From assembly GCA_040954595.2 (NCBI GenBank), contig CM082590.2:8493664-8557663 (forward strand): a stretch of 64,000 nt of DNA, read 5' to 3'. Under the pieces are notes generated by a model that was not told where the DNA came from, ran no database searches, and saw only the letters and a list, made by a program, of their open reading frames with translations. Source of the DNA: Balanoglossus misakiensis. Lineage: Eukaryota > Animalia > Hemichordata. Positions within the stretch are counted from its first letter, which is position 1. Each line of letters starts with the position of its first letter. Of the stretch, positions 13,901 to 26,412 are shown piece after piece. The position numbers were made by a program, and so were the translations under genes.

Positions 13901-15919
13901 TCTATTAGGGACAGGACATACCGGTACTACAGCTTCAAAGAAGACATGTCCAACACAGCTGGTCTGGTCCAATGTGTATCACAGATTACTGCCAAACAAC
14001 TTCACATTAACTTGCCACGTCACTGCAGCACAGCATTCTTAAACACATTGCATGCAGCATTGTGTGAGAATAAATCACTTGGTTCCTTTTCTTTGAAAAT
14101 TGGCACGACAGACCGACTTGGTCAGAAAGTCAGGGGAAGGCAAATGAGTATTACTAATCTAAATCTCACTGCCAGGTTTCAACTTGACAAGTTTTCTAGC
14201 AGGTGTTACAAGATGTATGGACAGAGTTTAGATTTCCTTAATCAGTTTCAGTTGTTGTCACAGAATGCGTCCATTGATAGTGACAGAGTTACACTGGACA
14301 TGGATATCACATGTGATTTAGATGATGAGAACCTTGAGTCTGATGTAAAAGCAATGCTTAAAAATGTTGTAGTCAATTTTAATAAGCTGTCCTTGGTAAT
14401 TTATGGTTACACGGGTTACACCATTTCCATTCATGAAAGTATTTGTCGTATTACTGGCATAATCTCAGACTTTCTGAAATTAAGAGCCAAAGAAGTTAGT
14501 TTGGTAGTAAGATATGTCAAGTTAGATTTCATCAAAACTATACATAATGCGTTAAAGAAATACCAACCAAGTACGCCAAAACGAGTGCACTTTCAACCTA
14601 GTTGCCCTGGGGACTGTCAGCTTTGCTCAGATTCTCATCGATATCACTGCAAGATTATCGCCAAGATTGGAAATCATGAATTTTTAATTGATATTTGCAA
14701 ATCAAGTTGTGACCCTATCGGTCTTCATCAAGTACTTTCAGATTGTCTGTCGACAGACGAGGAGAGCATTTCCATAGATGCAAAGATATCTCATTGTTCC
14801 TGCAAACTCTGTTGGGGGAACTTTGGTGTTGTGACACAATTCATATTGGCCTTTTCGGATTTACTTAGGTTCAACAACGTCAGATTGAGTGATGATTGGT
14901 GGGCATTGTCCTGGCCTCGCAGTCAACAAATATTACATAGTTTGGCTCTGGTGAATGCCCCAACTTTTACCTATAAATCAGAGTGCATTGACAATTATGG
15001 CTTCGCAAAGGCCTTATGCAATATTGTTCAAGAATGTCAACATGTTGAAACATTCATCTTGTCAGTAATTAGCAGGGTAAAAGATGCTCATAGAATTTCA
15101 GAGGTAACTGATAGATTTGTGGTTGCTGGCATGGTTATCGGTCAATTGGAATTTGAAGGTCATTACTTAACTGTGTGTGGCAGATACAACTCATCCAAAA
15201 TCATCAAACTTCAATATTCACTGCATTATGCTTCAGATTTAACCTATTATCATCAGTATGTAGGGCGTGAACCTCGTGAGACCAAGATTGTCGAATTCAA
15301 ACGTGAGACTAAATTGGACAGGTATATTGAACTGTGTGATGTCACTGAGGTGGAATCTATCTTACTAGAAGACAACAATGCTTTGACTGAATTGCACAGA
15401 CAAATCTGTTGTGGTCTATCAAACACATCTGAACTGAAGTCACTGACAATTAAAATGCACCCTGGTTATCGATCGTCTGGAAAATCCTATTCACGAGTTT
15501 TCTCACTGGAGAATGTGTGTAGATGTGTTCGAGTTCTGCCATGTCTGTCCAAAGTCAGCATCATTGATGGGAAAACACCATCACATGACACTTGCAGAGA
15601 TCAGTGGAAAGAGTTGATCAGCAAAGAGTCATTGGAAGACGTAGAGTTCAAAGGTTGTGATTTGAATGGCAGTACTCAGGCTTTGATTGACAGCATCTCA
15701 GAATCTGATAAATGTCGACAAAGTCAACTTCAGATTGAACTCTGTGATGCATTGCAACCAGGGAATGTAAACATCTTGAAAGATGCATTGATGGAAGGTG
15801 GTTTTGTCGTGGATGATAGTTGCTCATCCTCAGATGATGAATGTATTCTGTGTTTGAAAGGTGACCATATCAAAGTTACTTTGACCTCTTGTGGCCAGAA
15901 AGTCCTGACCGCAACCTGA
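7948..15919 (+). CDS. NLR-like protein copy 1 (DED-like + NACHT + long repeats), join(7948..8008,8405..8710,9086..9313,9603..9695,10002..15919), 2201 aa
   Basis: All introns are GT-AG phase 1 and exons sum to 6606 nt. N-terminus FDPFKVYLIRLADDIVGDDLIKL..LFETLLKFGHLSRDEPETLIQLL resembles the FADD DED. NACHT motifs: Walker A GDPGYGKST, Walker B FVFDGLDE, sensor-1 VIVTSR, SPL, winged-helix FYHFTFQEYFA. Confidence 0.85.
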
Positions 15920-16161
15920 ACTCTGACCTGAAATATCAAATAATAACCAAACAATAAAGAAACCCCCTTTTCGCAAAACTACTGGTTTCAGATAATGAAT
16001 AAGTCTTCATTATTAAAACCATTTAATTTGTATTTTCATTTATGTTAGGAGGTGGAGCAAAAGTTGCCAAAAACCTTCATGTGTATAAATTTTTATATTG
16101 TAGTATACTATATTTTTGTATTATATAAAGATTGTGTACATAAGAATTCATATGTATGTTT

Positions 16162-16221
<60 letters not shown>
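16162..16221. repeat. (GT)n microsatellite downstream of NLR copy 1 stop (paralogous runs at 26657-26689 and 37652-37693)
   Basis: Direct run; length differs between the three units. Confidence 0.9.
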
Positions 16222-16223
<2 letters not shown>

Positions 16224-17623
16224 CGCACTTGTGTGCACGAATGTGTATATAGTGATGAGAGTGAGAAAGTATAGTTTGACTTTTTCTACATTGTAAAAGT
16301 TCATATTGGCTCACATACAGCCATAGAGACACAGTATCCAAGTTTCATGTTAGAAATCTAACCATTCCTGTATACCCTGGTATATATTGTATAACTTTAG
16401 TCACATTTTTACCACAATTAGGTACAAGTATATATCTACCGTTGAACGATGTTTTTTATTCTTTTACATGAAAACTGCCATGCCCTGGATCACTCAGGTT
16501 TTTATCAATGTTATTTGACATTTTATAATAAACAAGCAATTATTGTAATATTTCAAGGATTTCAGCATAAGTATTCAAATCATTGCCATACAAGTATTTC
16601 ACATTTACTTGTATTTTCTCTAATGTATGCTTATCATTTTTGTCAATGTAAGATTGTTTCCAGAAACTTATTTCTTAATCTGTTATTTTTATACATGTTG
16701 TGAAAAGATTGTCATGTTTCATGAACCACTGTCATGCAATTTTTCTTTTAATGTACAAACATTTGAATTTGTTGCTTGAATTTTACATAAAACAGTCAGA
16801 TTACACTGTATGTTATTTGGAAAATTGTAAATAAAATATTAATAAAAAAGAAGGAATTTTCAGTATTATTTTGTGTCTGATGGTATTTTTACCCCAGCTG
16901 TCATGATTCTCACAGGAATAATGGAAATAATCTTAATCAAATAACTTCTTTGGGCAGTTTAAACAGTGCAGTGCCAACTGTAGAGGGCTTCACAGCAAAT
17001 TGTTAACTAATTCTGTTGTTGATTAATTCACTACTAGTAACTCATTATACTAGGGAGGTGGTTCGTGTCGCAGTTGCAAGTCGTCACTCACAAAAAGTAA
17101 GAGATTCTTATGGTATTTGTTTTGTATAAATGCTATATTTTAGAAAGGACAGTGTAAATAAGTGCATGAGGTTAGGATATAATTGAAAAGAGAATCAAAA
17201 TCACTGCAAAATCATGATTTTTTTAATTGTTCATCTGTGTGAAAAAGTACCACAGAGGTATTGCAGAGGTCATCTGAGGTTACGAATGGAATTTCTATTT
17301 CCTTGTACTAAATTCTAAATTACGAAGAAATGTGTGTTGTTAGAGGGAAATTATTATCAAATCTTGTATTAATGGTTGTTGAAGAAAATTCACAGACTAT
17401 GCAGGCCTCGATCAGAAATCTGGAAGTATCATATATTTGCGTTGAAAGTCTAGTCAGTTCTCGTCAAACATCTTGGTGTGGGCAGATAGAGCTGTACTCC
17501 ACCTAAAGGTACTGGCAACAAAACATTTGATTGGTTCGTGATCATTTGGTTAAGTAGATAGGCTGTGATTGGTCTACAGTGTCACAAATCTTTCCACTGA
17601 AGACAGCTAGGCTTACAATAACA

Positions 17624-17781
17624 TAGACTGTCTCACAGCCCCCCTCGCCTTCCATGCTTATACTCTGATTGCATGTGTACCAGGCGAGAGGTTCGCTACA
17701 CAACTTCATATGGGGCTTTGCTAAACGGTTGAGGGGGCATCAGTGAGGAGCCAGCGAACCGTGGGCTGTGAGAGCTCTCTG
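17624..17781. mobile_element. Degenerate MITE of the same family as 18398-18572
   Basis: TAGACTGTCTCACAGCCC...GGGCTGTGAGAG ends; shares internal tctgattgcatgtgt..ggcgagaggttcgctacacaac and aaacggttgaggg. Confidence 0.75.
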
Positions 17782-18170
17782 TTTGTAGTGTGTGTTTGTT
17801 TGTTTGATGTTATTGATTGATATAATAAACAAAAAAATGCTTGAAAAATTTGTTTACAAATATTATCACATTTGTTTGTATGTTTGTTTGTTGATAGGTT
17901 AATAGGAGGATTGGGGTTGGCGTTCATTCACGTGACATTGTTGATAAGACATTAAAAGCCTTTCTTTGCATGAAAAATATACGTATAGTTGTGTATTTTT
18001 TCTAATCATCAAACCAAAAATAAATAAAACAACTCTACTTGATACTGCTATGTTTTTTTTACTTAAAACCTAATATGTATTCCTTGATAGGTGTGACAGA
18101 TATTAAAATCTGTTGTTCATCCCTTTAGAAGAACTCCACAAACTGAAGGCAGCCGGAAGAATAACCAAAG

Positions 18171-21100
18171 ATGTCTAATTTTGATCCATTTAAGAAATAT
18201 CTTTTTAAGCTGGCAGAATATGGCATTGGAAATGGTGAGTCGTACATTTGAATTTTTTTGCCCTGTTTGAGTACTCTAGCACACTCATGGATGTCTACCC
18301 AACAATTGGTGTCACGCCTCGGTTTTGACTGTGGATGCATGGATTGTATAATGATACATATGCATGCATCCACAGTCAAAACGCACATACACCTGAATAG
18401 ACTCTCTCACAGCCCTTCTCGCCGTACATGCAGGCTTATATGGTCTGATTGCATGTGTGCCCGGCGAGAGGTTCGCTACACAACACCAAACGATGCTTCT
18501 CCCTTGCCAAACGGTTGAGGGCGTGTCAGTGAAGAGCTTGTTGTAGCGAACCATGGGCTGTGAGAGAGTCTAACACCTGAACTGAATTTATTCAAACTTG
18601 GTCCAAGGACTATACACGACCATCTCAGTTTCAATTTGAATAATTTGACAGTGATATCCTATAATTTTAAAGTACACATGTATCTCATAAACAATTTATT
18701 TAATTAGAAAAATGTTTAATTTATAATCATTTTGTTTTTGCTTTAAAGATGACCTGACAAAATTATTAGATGCCTTGACTATTTTAAGGAATCCTTCAAT
18801 ATCTAAAAGGAGAATTGAAGAAATTAAGAAAAGCAAAAATCCATTCAGTTTGTTCGAAGAATTATGTGACAATGGACATTTATCAAAGGACAAACCTGAG
18901 ACACTTATTCAGCTGTTGGAAATTGCCGGACTTAACCTGTTAGCGAAGCATGTAGAAGTTCGATATGATAAAAAGTTTGACAAAGACTATCCATATGATG
19001 AAGTGACAACAGAAGCAGAGTCCAAGATTCCAGTATCCACCACAGAATCTTATGGTAAGGACTTGCAGAATTTTACAATACAAGTATGCATTTATATTAT
19101 GCAAATACCATGTTCACCCAAAATTATGATTTTGGGTGAGATGAAATGATGAAAAAAAGTCTCTCTTCAGCTGGTCAAAGTGATTGAAACATATGGCATT
19201 TTGAAGTCATCTATGCAGTTCAAATGGTCATGGTTTGATGCTGTCATCACTAACCACAGACCATCCTACATAATGGTTTGAATGCTCGCATTTGTGAACT
19301 AATGAGCCAAATGTATGGCAGTAAAATGAACATTTAATTTTGAAAAGAAATGGTGGTTAAGCATTTTGAGCAGTTGAACACTTAGAGTACTTGTGGTAAT
19401 TGAAATATATTTTAATAGGAATTCTACACACAAGAATGAATTCAGCAGTGTTTATCTTTCCCATACTGTACATCAGGTTTTTCAAATGTCGGTGATATTG
19501 CTGCTAGCAGTGCACTTAGTTCAGCTGCAACACAGATAGAGATGGCGACAATGATGAAAGATCCAGAAGGTGAAACCACAAGTGTACAACACCACATAGA
19601 CAGACATGATTTACGACGTGCACTGGATTCCTTGACAACAAGACTGCAGTCACTATCACCTAGGCAACAAACTGATTCAGCTGTTGAGGACACTACAACT
19701 GCAGGTAAACTTGTTTTTAAAATCATCATTTATTCTTGTATTTGTATATACCAGTAATAATTTTACTTCGATTTGAATACAGATTTCAATGTTCGAAAAT
19801 AAATTCTACATTTGGTTTTATAGTAGTTACATGTACAAGTATACTTGTAACCTCTTCTTATAAATGTATCAATACTTTTTACTTTACAACATCTGCATTA
19901 ATTTTGTGTCAAAGAAGGAGAAAAAATGTTATTAAAGATTTGTTATACGTTATTTTTTTTTTATAGATTCTCAACAGGATGACCAACCAAGCACTTCGGA
20001 TTATACACCAACCATGAATATGCCAACCGTGGATATGCCAACCATGAAAACTACACCAGGTAGGTTTCTCACAATGAATTGGTTGAACCCTTTCACCACA
20101 ATGGTTTGATCCAAAACTATTGTTTTCCGTGGTGAAATTGGTCCTTCATAAAATGAAATGGGTGACAGAATTAGATTTTCTGGTCTCAATCACAAAAAAA
20201 GACATCTGAGCCCATTCATCATTTTGTTATCAGTGCTTGAAAATTTTTAATCAGGAATCTTTTCAATGATGTTCAAAGATGTTGTGAGGCCTATAAAATG
20301 CTCAAAAAATCACAATTGATGAAATGCTAGCTGGTGCACCATGATACTTTGGTTCTTGTGATCAGTAATACAGAAATATTCAATGATAATAATTTCAGAT
20401 GTTGTCATCGAGTGCCAGCAAAAGTTGCAAGAATACTACAAGAGACAATCCAACATTCTCCCCTTACCATGGTGGGATGGAACAGAGAGATTGAAACTCA
20501 AAGATATCTACATTGAATTAGAATTACAAACCAAAGATGGACAGCTCAGAGATTTTGCAATACAAGATTTATTCACAGGAACTAAAGATTGTAAAAATCC
20601 AAGACGAATTTTAATAGAAGGTGATCCAGGGTATGGTAAGTCAACTCTTAGTAAAAAGTTGGCATATGATTGGGCAAAAGGCAATGTAAACTTTCTCAAT
20701 TGTTTCAAACTTCTTTTTCATTTTGAATTGAAAGATCTACATGAATACCATTCAAGAAATAGTCAGAAACAAAGTCTTAAAGATGCAGTTTTTGATTGTT
20801 TGTTACAAAATGTCGAAGGAGCAGATGAGATATGGAGTTTTGTTGAAAGCAATCAATCACAAGTGTGTTTTGTCTTTGATGGACTTGATGAAGTCAGTAC
20901 TGATGATCTCCCAGCGTATTTTAAGCAAATGATCCAAGAAAAACGCCCACTGCTGCCTGACTGCCCAGTAATTGTAATGTCTCGGAAAATTAGGGACAAG
21001 AACTCCAAACAGATGTATGAGAGACAATTATTGATTAAGGGTTTTGATACAGAGAATGCAAAAGCTTTCATTAAAAAGCATATAAATGCAATGTCTTCAA

Positions 21101-24100
21101 TGGATGAAACTGTAACACCAGAAACAGTTGAGAGTTTTATCTATGAATTGTACACATCCATCCACCGCAGCATTTTGTTTGGATTTTTGCAGAGTCCTTT
21201 GAATACTTTGATGTTGTGTGATATTTGGATGGAAACAAAGAAACTACCACACACAATCACAGAACTTTATAAAGAGTTAATTGATTATGTTGTAAAGCGA
21301 TACTGTGAAAAACAAGATAACATTATTGATCCAAATAGTGATGAAATCAGGGATGAAATTCTCTACTTAAGTAAACTCTCATATACTGCTTTGAAGTCTG
21401 GTAAATATTTTTTCAGTGAGAAAGAAATTTCAGGTCATCCACACTTACAGAAGTTGGGACTTTTGACAAAAACCGCTCGACCTCCAAGCTATAACTTTTA
21501 TCATTTCACATTTCAGGAATATTTTGCTTCATTGTACATTTCCAATCTATGCACTAGTAACCATAACGAATTTGAAGATTCTGTTGCATTTTCAGTTATT
21601 GGAGATTATTTACTTAGAAATGATGCAATGTTGAAGTTTCTTGGTGGTCACTTGCGAGACAATGTTGGTGAAGTATTCAAGGTTTGGGAGAGTAGGCCTT
21701 TTTCAGATAAATCCTTTGATGCAAGGCCAATGTTGTATGAAAGTGGTTGTGAATCTGAGGAAACAATATTTTATTGTGCGAAGTTTTTACCCGAAGATCT
21801 GACAATAGACCTTAACGACATCATGGATAACCAGTCTGACAAATACATGCTACATGTAAACACAGAGCTGTTGAGATGCCCAAATATTACTTCTAAGTTC
21901 ATCAAAATGAATATGTCTGCATCAAATTCTATGACACCAGATATATTCGGAAAATGTTTAGACTCATTCAAAACTAAGTATAATGAGGACATACGCTTGA
22001 ATTTGACTATAAATATAGAATATGATATAAAGGAATGCGATGACAAAAATTTTGTGTGCAATTTTGATTTTATAAATGAAATATCCTCTGACATATTGAG
22101 AGAAGCAAGTGTCACTTCTGCCAGAGATGAAGAGTTGAAATATCAAAAATACTTGGAGATTAGTGTGAAGGTTTTGAATTATGATAATTCAAACATGAAA
22201 AGCTTTCATTTGCATAATGTCAAGTGTCTAGTCGAAGGTTTGTCAAAGATCACTGAACGATTTGACATTCATAGGTTACCTGTTGAGCATTCTGAGGTTT
22301 TAAAACTTGTAAACATTAACGAAGGCAGTAACCTGACAAATAGTGTGTTAGTCAGTTTTTATTCCCCACAACACAGGAGAACACAAATTGATATCATGGC
22401 TGATTATAATCGTTATAATCTGTTTTTGAAATCTTCTGATTCTGAAACTACAGACATCAACTCTTTGACAAGTATGGTCCAATGTTTATCACATATTACT
22501 GCCAACAAGCTTGTCATTGAAGGGTTACCTGTAGGTGATATTGAGTTCATAAAAACTGTACATGCATCATTATGTGGGAATAATTCTCTTGGGGCAGTTG
22601 ATGTGCATGCTGGTTTGGAATCACAGAATAAACCAAACATCAAAGCTAAATTTGGACATTTTCAAAGCTTTTACCACATAGATACCTTAAATTTTGATTT
22701 ATCCAGTTTGTGTGAGATGTTTTCACAGTATGCATCTGTTCATAATGAGAAACTTATTCTAGATGTGGATATCAAATGTGATTTAAAAGATGAAAATAAT
22801 GATTCTGACATGGAGACTTTGTTGAGAGGAGTGACATCAGTTGAATTTGATAATTTAGCATTGGAATTCAAGAATTATACTGATGAAGAGCTCAGTTATC
22901 GTGGTCTTGGAGGTGTAGTCCAATGTCTATCACTGATTACAGCCAAAAACCTTGTCATCAAAGGATTACCATTCGGAGATATGGAATTCATAAAAGCTGT
23001 ACATGAATCATTATGTAGAAATCAGTCTCTTGGATCAGTTGCTGTTCTAGTTGATTCTTTCAAACAGTCAAGACAAACTAGTTTCAGATCCTTTGACAGA
23101 AGTACATTTGATGTTGATGGAATAAATGGTTGCTTTAATGGCAGTTACACTGTAAATACCAGGGATTTTTCTTTAATAGATTTGTGCCAGTTGATTTCTC
23201 AATATGGAAAGATGAACAGAATTAGCCGGGAAATTGAAGTCAGTTATGATTCCAATAATATGAACATTAAGTCTGATGTACAGTCTTTACTGGCGGAAGT
23301 TTCTTTGGTTGATTTTGAATACCTGTCATTGACATTTGAGGTTTCCAGGACCGTAACATTTTATTTTCTTGATTCCATAATCCAATGTCTATCACAAATT
23401 ACTGCCAACAAGTTAAAAATTGTGATTGAAGGACTGCTGATTTGCGACATGGAATTTTTAAAAGCTGTACTTACTCAGTTATGTAAGAATAAGTCTCTTG
23501 GGTCAGTTGATGTTGAATTTTATGATGATGCAGGTATGAAATGGAACAGGGGTCCCATGTTGCATGAAATCCTATATTATCATGCCATGGGGCTTAATTT
23601 TCTTAACCAGGAGCTTTGTATTAAGGCAAGGTTTGCACATTTTAATTTCTGTTACAGGACACGTAACATGAAGTTTGATATTGGGAGACTATATTACTGT
23701 CTTTTAGTGTATGCATATGTGAGTAATGATAGACTTAAACTAGACATGGAATTTAAGTGTGATTTCAGGGACAAGTCTGCAGCTGATATACAGGCTATGC
23801 TTAAAAGAGTGAATTTAGTTGGTTTTATCTTTAACTCTTTGTCACTGAAATTATCTGAATTCACTGGCCTTCGCTTTTGGACCTCCGAAACACAAGGTTC
23901 TGATTCTGCTAGTATCAAGGGTCTTGCAGGTATAGTCCAATGTCTGTCACAGACTACTGCCAACAATCTTGTCATTGAAAGATTACCAATAGACAGTATA
24001 GAATTCATGAAAACTGCATATGCAGTGTTGTGTGAGTGTAGGTCAATTAGGTCAGTTGATGTAGGATTCAGCTGTGATGGTACCAAGAGAGAAAAAGATG

Positions 24101-26412
24101 TAAAGATTGATGATACTGTCACTGCCAAGTTTGGAAAGTTTAAAATCCATTTCTTTCAAGATGGCAAGAGTTTTGATTTTGTGAGCGTTTATCAAGCACT
24201 TTCAGAGTATGCATCTATAAATAATGATGAAGTTACTCTAGACATGAACATCACATATTCTGGTAGTTTGGAAGACATGAACATTTCTGACATACAGGAC
24301 ATGTACAGAGGAGTGGCCCAGGTAAAGTTTTGTAGGTTGTCAATGGACTTCTCCCATGTGCATTCAGAGCTCCGCCATAAGGATGACATAATTTACACCT
24401 CTGGTATACAGGTAGTCCAATGCATATCAGAGATTACAGCCAAACAACTTGACATTAAATTACCTTACTGCAATGTACCGGCGGCATTCTTGAACACATT
24501 ACATACAGCACTGTGTGAGAGTGAATCAATTGGTTCGTTTTCTTTGGAAGTTGGTAAGAATAGTCGCTTTAGGGGTAAACAAGATCTCACTGCCAGGTTT
24601 CAACTTGAAAAGTTTTCTAGCTTGTGTTACAAGATGTATGAACAGAATGCAGATTTCCTTAATCAGTTTCAGTTGTTTTCACAGAATGCGTCCATTGATA
24701 GTGACAGAGTTTCAGTGGACATGGATTTCAGATGTGACTTAGATAAAGAGGAGCTTGAATCTGATGTAAAAGCAATGGTGAAAAATGCGATATCAGTCAA
24801 ATTTAATAAGCTGTCATTGCCATTTTTATATGGTCACACCAGTTTCACTCATAAAAGTGATTGTCGTATCACTGGCATAATCTCAGACTTGCTCAAATTT
24901 AGAGCCAAAGAAGTTAGTTTGGCAGTACGATATGTCAAGTTAGATTTCATCAAAACTATACATGGTTTGATGAAGAAATATCAACCCAGTACACCAAAAC
25001 ATGTGCACTTAAAACCTATTTGCACTAGGGACTGTAGACTCTGCACGCAACCTAACTGCAAGATTATTACCAAGATTGAAAATCATGACATTGTAATTGA
25101 TTTTTGTAAATTAAGTTGTGACCCTGTTAGTCTTCATCAAGTACTTTCTGATTGTCTGTCGACAGACGAGGAGAGCATTTCTATAGATGCAGAGATATCT
25201 CTTTGTTCCTGCGAATTCTGTTGGGGGAACTTTGGTGTTGTGACACAATTCATATTGGCCTTTTCAGATTTACTTAGGTTCAACAATGTCAGATTTTGTG
25301 ATCATCGGCAGAAATTGTCCTGGCCTCGCAGTCAACAAATATTACATAGTTTGGCTCCAGTGAATGCCCAGACTTTTACCTATGTTTCCGAGTGCATTGG
25401 CAATGGCTTTGCAAAGGCCTTTTGCAATATTGTTCAAGAATGTCAACATGTTGAAACATTTGTCTTGCCATATCGTTGTTTATATGATACTCATGAAATA
25501 TCAGAGGCAATTGATAGATTTGTGGTTGCCGGAATGGTTGTTTGTCAACTGGAGTTAGTAGGTGATCACTTAACTGCATGTGGAAGATGCAGAAACTCAT
25601 CCAAAATCATCAAACTTCTATTTGCATTGGAATATGATTTAGATTTAGCCTATCCTGACAATTTAAAGGCTACACATTTACCCGCCTTGATTTCCCCTGA
25701 CACTTTCCAGAGTATATTTTTCCCTTCCATGACTTTCAACGACAACACCAAAACTAAGAGTGAATGTAAATTAAAGTTTGTCAATGTCAAAACAGACACT
25801 AAACTGTACCGTTATATTGAACAGACGTGTCATGTCACTGAGGTGGAATCTATCTTGCTAGAAGAGAATAATGCCTTGACTGAATTGCACAGACAAATAT
25901 GTTGTGGTTTATCAGACACATCTGAACTGAAGTCACTGACAATTGAACACCCTGGTTATCTGTTCTCTGAAACACAATCCTTTTCACGAGTTTTCTCAAT
26001 AGAGAATGTGTGTAGATGTGTTCAAGCTCTGCCATGTCTGTCCAAAGTCAGCATCATTGATGGGAAAACACCATCACATGACACTTGCATAGATCAGTGG
26101 AAAGAGTTGATCAGCAAAGAGTCATTGGAAGACGTAGAGTTCAAAGGTTGTGATTTGAATGGCAGTACTCAGGCTTTGATTGACAGCATCTCAGAATCTG
26201 ATAAATGTCGACAAAGTCAACTTCAGATTGAACTCTGTGATGCATTGCAACCAGGGAATGTAAATGTCTTGAAAGATGCATTGATGGAAGGTGGTTTTGT
26301 CGTAGATGATAGTTGCTCATCCTCAGATGATGAATGTATTCTGTGTTTGAAAGGTGACCATATCACAGTTACTGTGACCTCTTGTGACCAGAAAGTCCTG
26401 ACCGCAACCTGA
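18171..26412 (+). CDS. NLR-like protein copy 2 (divergent DED-like + NACHT + long repeats), join(18171..18234,18749..19054,19477..19704,19967..20059,20399..26412), 2234 aa
   Basis: Internal exon sizes match copy 1 (306, 228, 93 nt), all phase 1, total 6705 nt. NACHT motifs intact except sensor-1 VIVMSR. Confidence 0.85.
18398..18572. mobile_element. 175-bp MITE with 18-bp perfect TIR and 9-bp TSD (TAG..CTA termini, Academ-like or Mutator-like)
   Basis: TIR TAGACTCTCTCACAGCCC / GGGCTGTGAGAGAGTCTA; TSD ACACCTGAA at 18389-18397 and 18573-18581. Confidence 0.9.

Larger units (their letters stand above)
6871..16965 (+). repeat. Tandem segmental duplication, unit 1 (10,095 bp)
   Basis: Starts gtgcagtgccaactgtagagggcttcacagc, which recurs at 16966 and 27439; coding and flanking sequence are collinear between units. 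Confidence 0.9.
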
